Source of the DNA: Octopus bimaculoides
Lineage: Eukaryota
NCBI RefSeq assembly: GCF_001194135.2
Contig: NC_069004.1
Span: 9,356,890 to 9,420,889 of the forward strand
Direction: 5' to 3'
Length of the DNA stretch: 64,000 nt
In this document: positions 63,390 to 64,000 of the stretch, in pieces
How positions within the stretch are numbered: position 1 is the first letter of the stretch
Layout: every line of letters starts with the position of its first letter
Notes under the pieces: generated by a model
Database searches by the model: none
What the model saw: the letters and a program-made list of their open reading frames with translations, nothing else
What the model was told of the DNA's origin: nothing
Translations under genes and position numbers: made by a program

Positions 63390-63700
63390 GAGAACAAAAC
63401 GAATATCCTACCCCTGCCCTACCCATACCTACTACCCTGCCATTCCTCTCACCCCACCCCAATATCCTTCTCACCTTCACAACAACTTTACCTGAAGAAG
63501 TTTCCCATTTGGTACCGCCACTCTTATCATAACATTGTCCAGCCTCCAAGACCAACTGACCTTATAACCCGTCTGACCACTTTCACTTTACACTGTCCTT
63601 GTAATGTTGGTTCATCCGAACAAACCCAACACCCCGCCCCATGTAATAAACCCCGCCCCGTGTAATAACCTCCCCCTCTCCCCCACCTTCACTCACACTG
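63390..63700 (+). mobile_element. Possible decayed Penelope-like element, RT to GIY-YIG linker
   Basis: C-rich decayed coding-like sequence with pieces such as PFLSPHPNILL and PAPCNKPR, similar to the PLE linker (PLVLTFHP...FPCNxxRC). Heavily degenerate. Confidence 0.35.
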
Positions 63701-63760
63701 TTGGCTGTACTCAGGCCAAACAATAGATTGATTGACCGTTACCATTTCAGAAGCTGATTG

Positions 63761-63762
<2 letters not shown>

Positions 63763-63809
<47 letters not shown>

Positions 63810-63840
63810 TCACCACTACTACTACTACTACTATTACTAC
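63763..63840. repeat. (CTA)n microsatellite
   Basis: Direct reading of the sequence. Confidence 0.95.
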
Positions 63841-64000
63841 GACCGTACCACTCTACCTTAATCACACTTTTGGGCTATCACATGCACTTTGCTATTTCCT
63901 CCCCCTCCTGAACACCCACGTGCACACGCACGCGCACACACACACTTTTCTACCCCCTACTCGACTTAACCAACCCTGTTGTAAACAGTATAAAAAAATA

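Noticed and set aside
7-64000. Most ORF-track entries ([15 protein letters not shown], poly-X)
   Set aside because: They are translations of microsatellites, SINEs or N-gaps, with no domain content or splice support.

Overview
AT-rich, microsatellite- and SINE-dense animal genomic DNA with nine N-gaps. The repeat families resemble those of an octopod cephalopod (inference). Three protein-coding genes are supported by translated, phase-consistent exons. (1) A late exon of a CRAL-TRIO, clavesin-like gene (+, 2608-2796; earlier exons lie outside the window). (2) A complete 5-exon CCDC43 (-, 46606 to 39104, 229 aa) whose third intron is a U12-type minor-spliceosome intron. (3) LIPT1 lipoyltransferase with 4 coding exons (+, 51989-57991, 401 aa), head-to-head with CCDC43. 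The rest is tRNA-derived SINEs, LINE remnants (RTE, R4/Dong, Penelope-like), DNA-transposon remnants (hAT, mariner, piggyBac-like, Helentron-type HINE) and simple repeats. Nearly all ORF-track entries are microsatellite or N-gap artefacts. The most interesting observations are: a second U12-type branch site before the last CCDC43 exon that could route minor-spliceosome exon skipping; a type-I hammerhead ribozyme fold with a CCGAUGA core, plus a degenerate second motif with the same change; a 140-bp-arm foldback in a LIPT1 intron; twin elements with a covarying hairpin flanking the first LIPT1 coding exon; a perfect spacerless 74-bp palindrome; and a hAT derivative flanked by an ~84-bp duplication instead of an 8-bp TSD. 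All calls are by eye; no searches were run.
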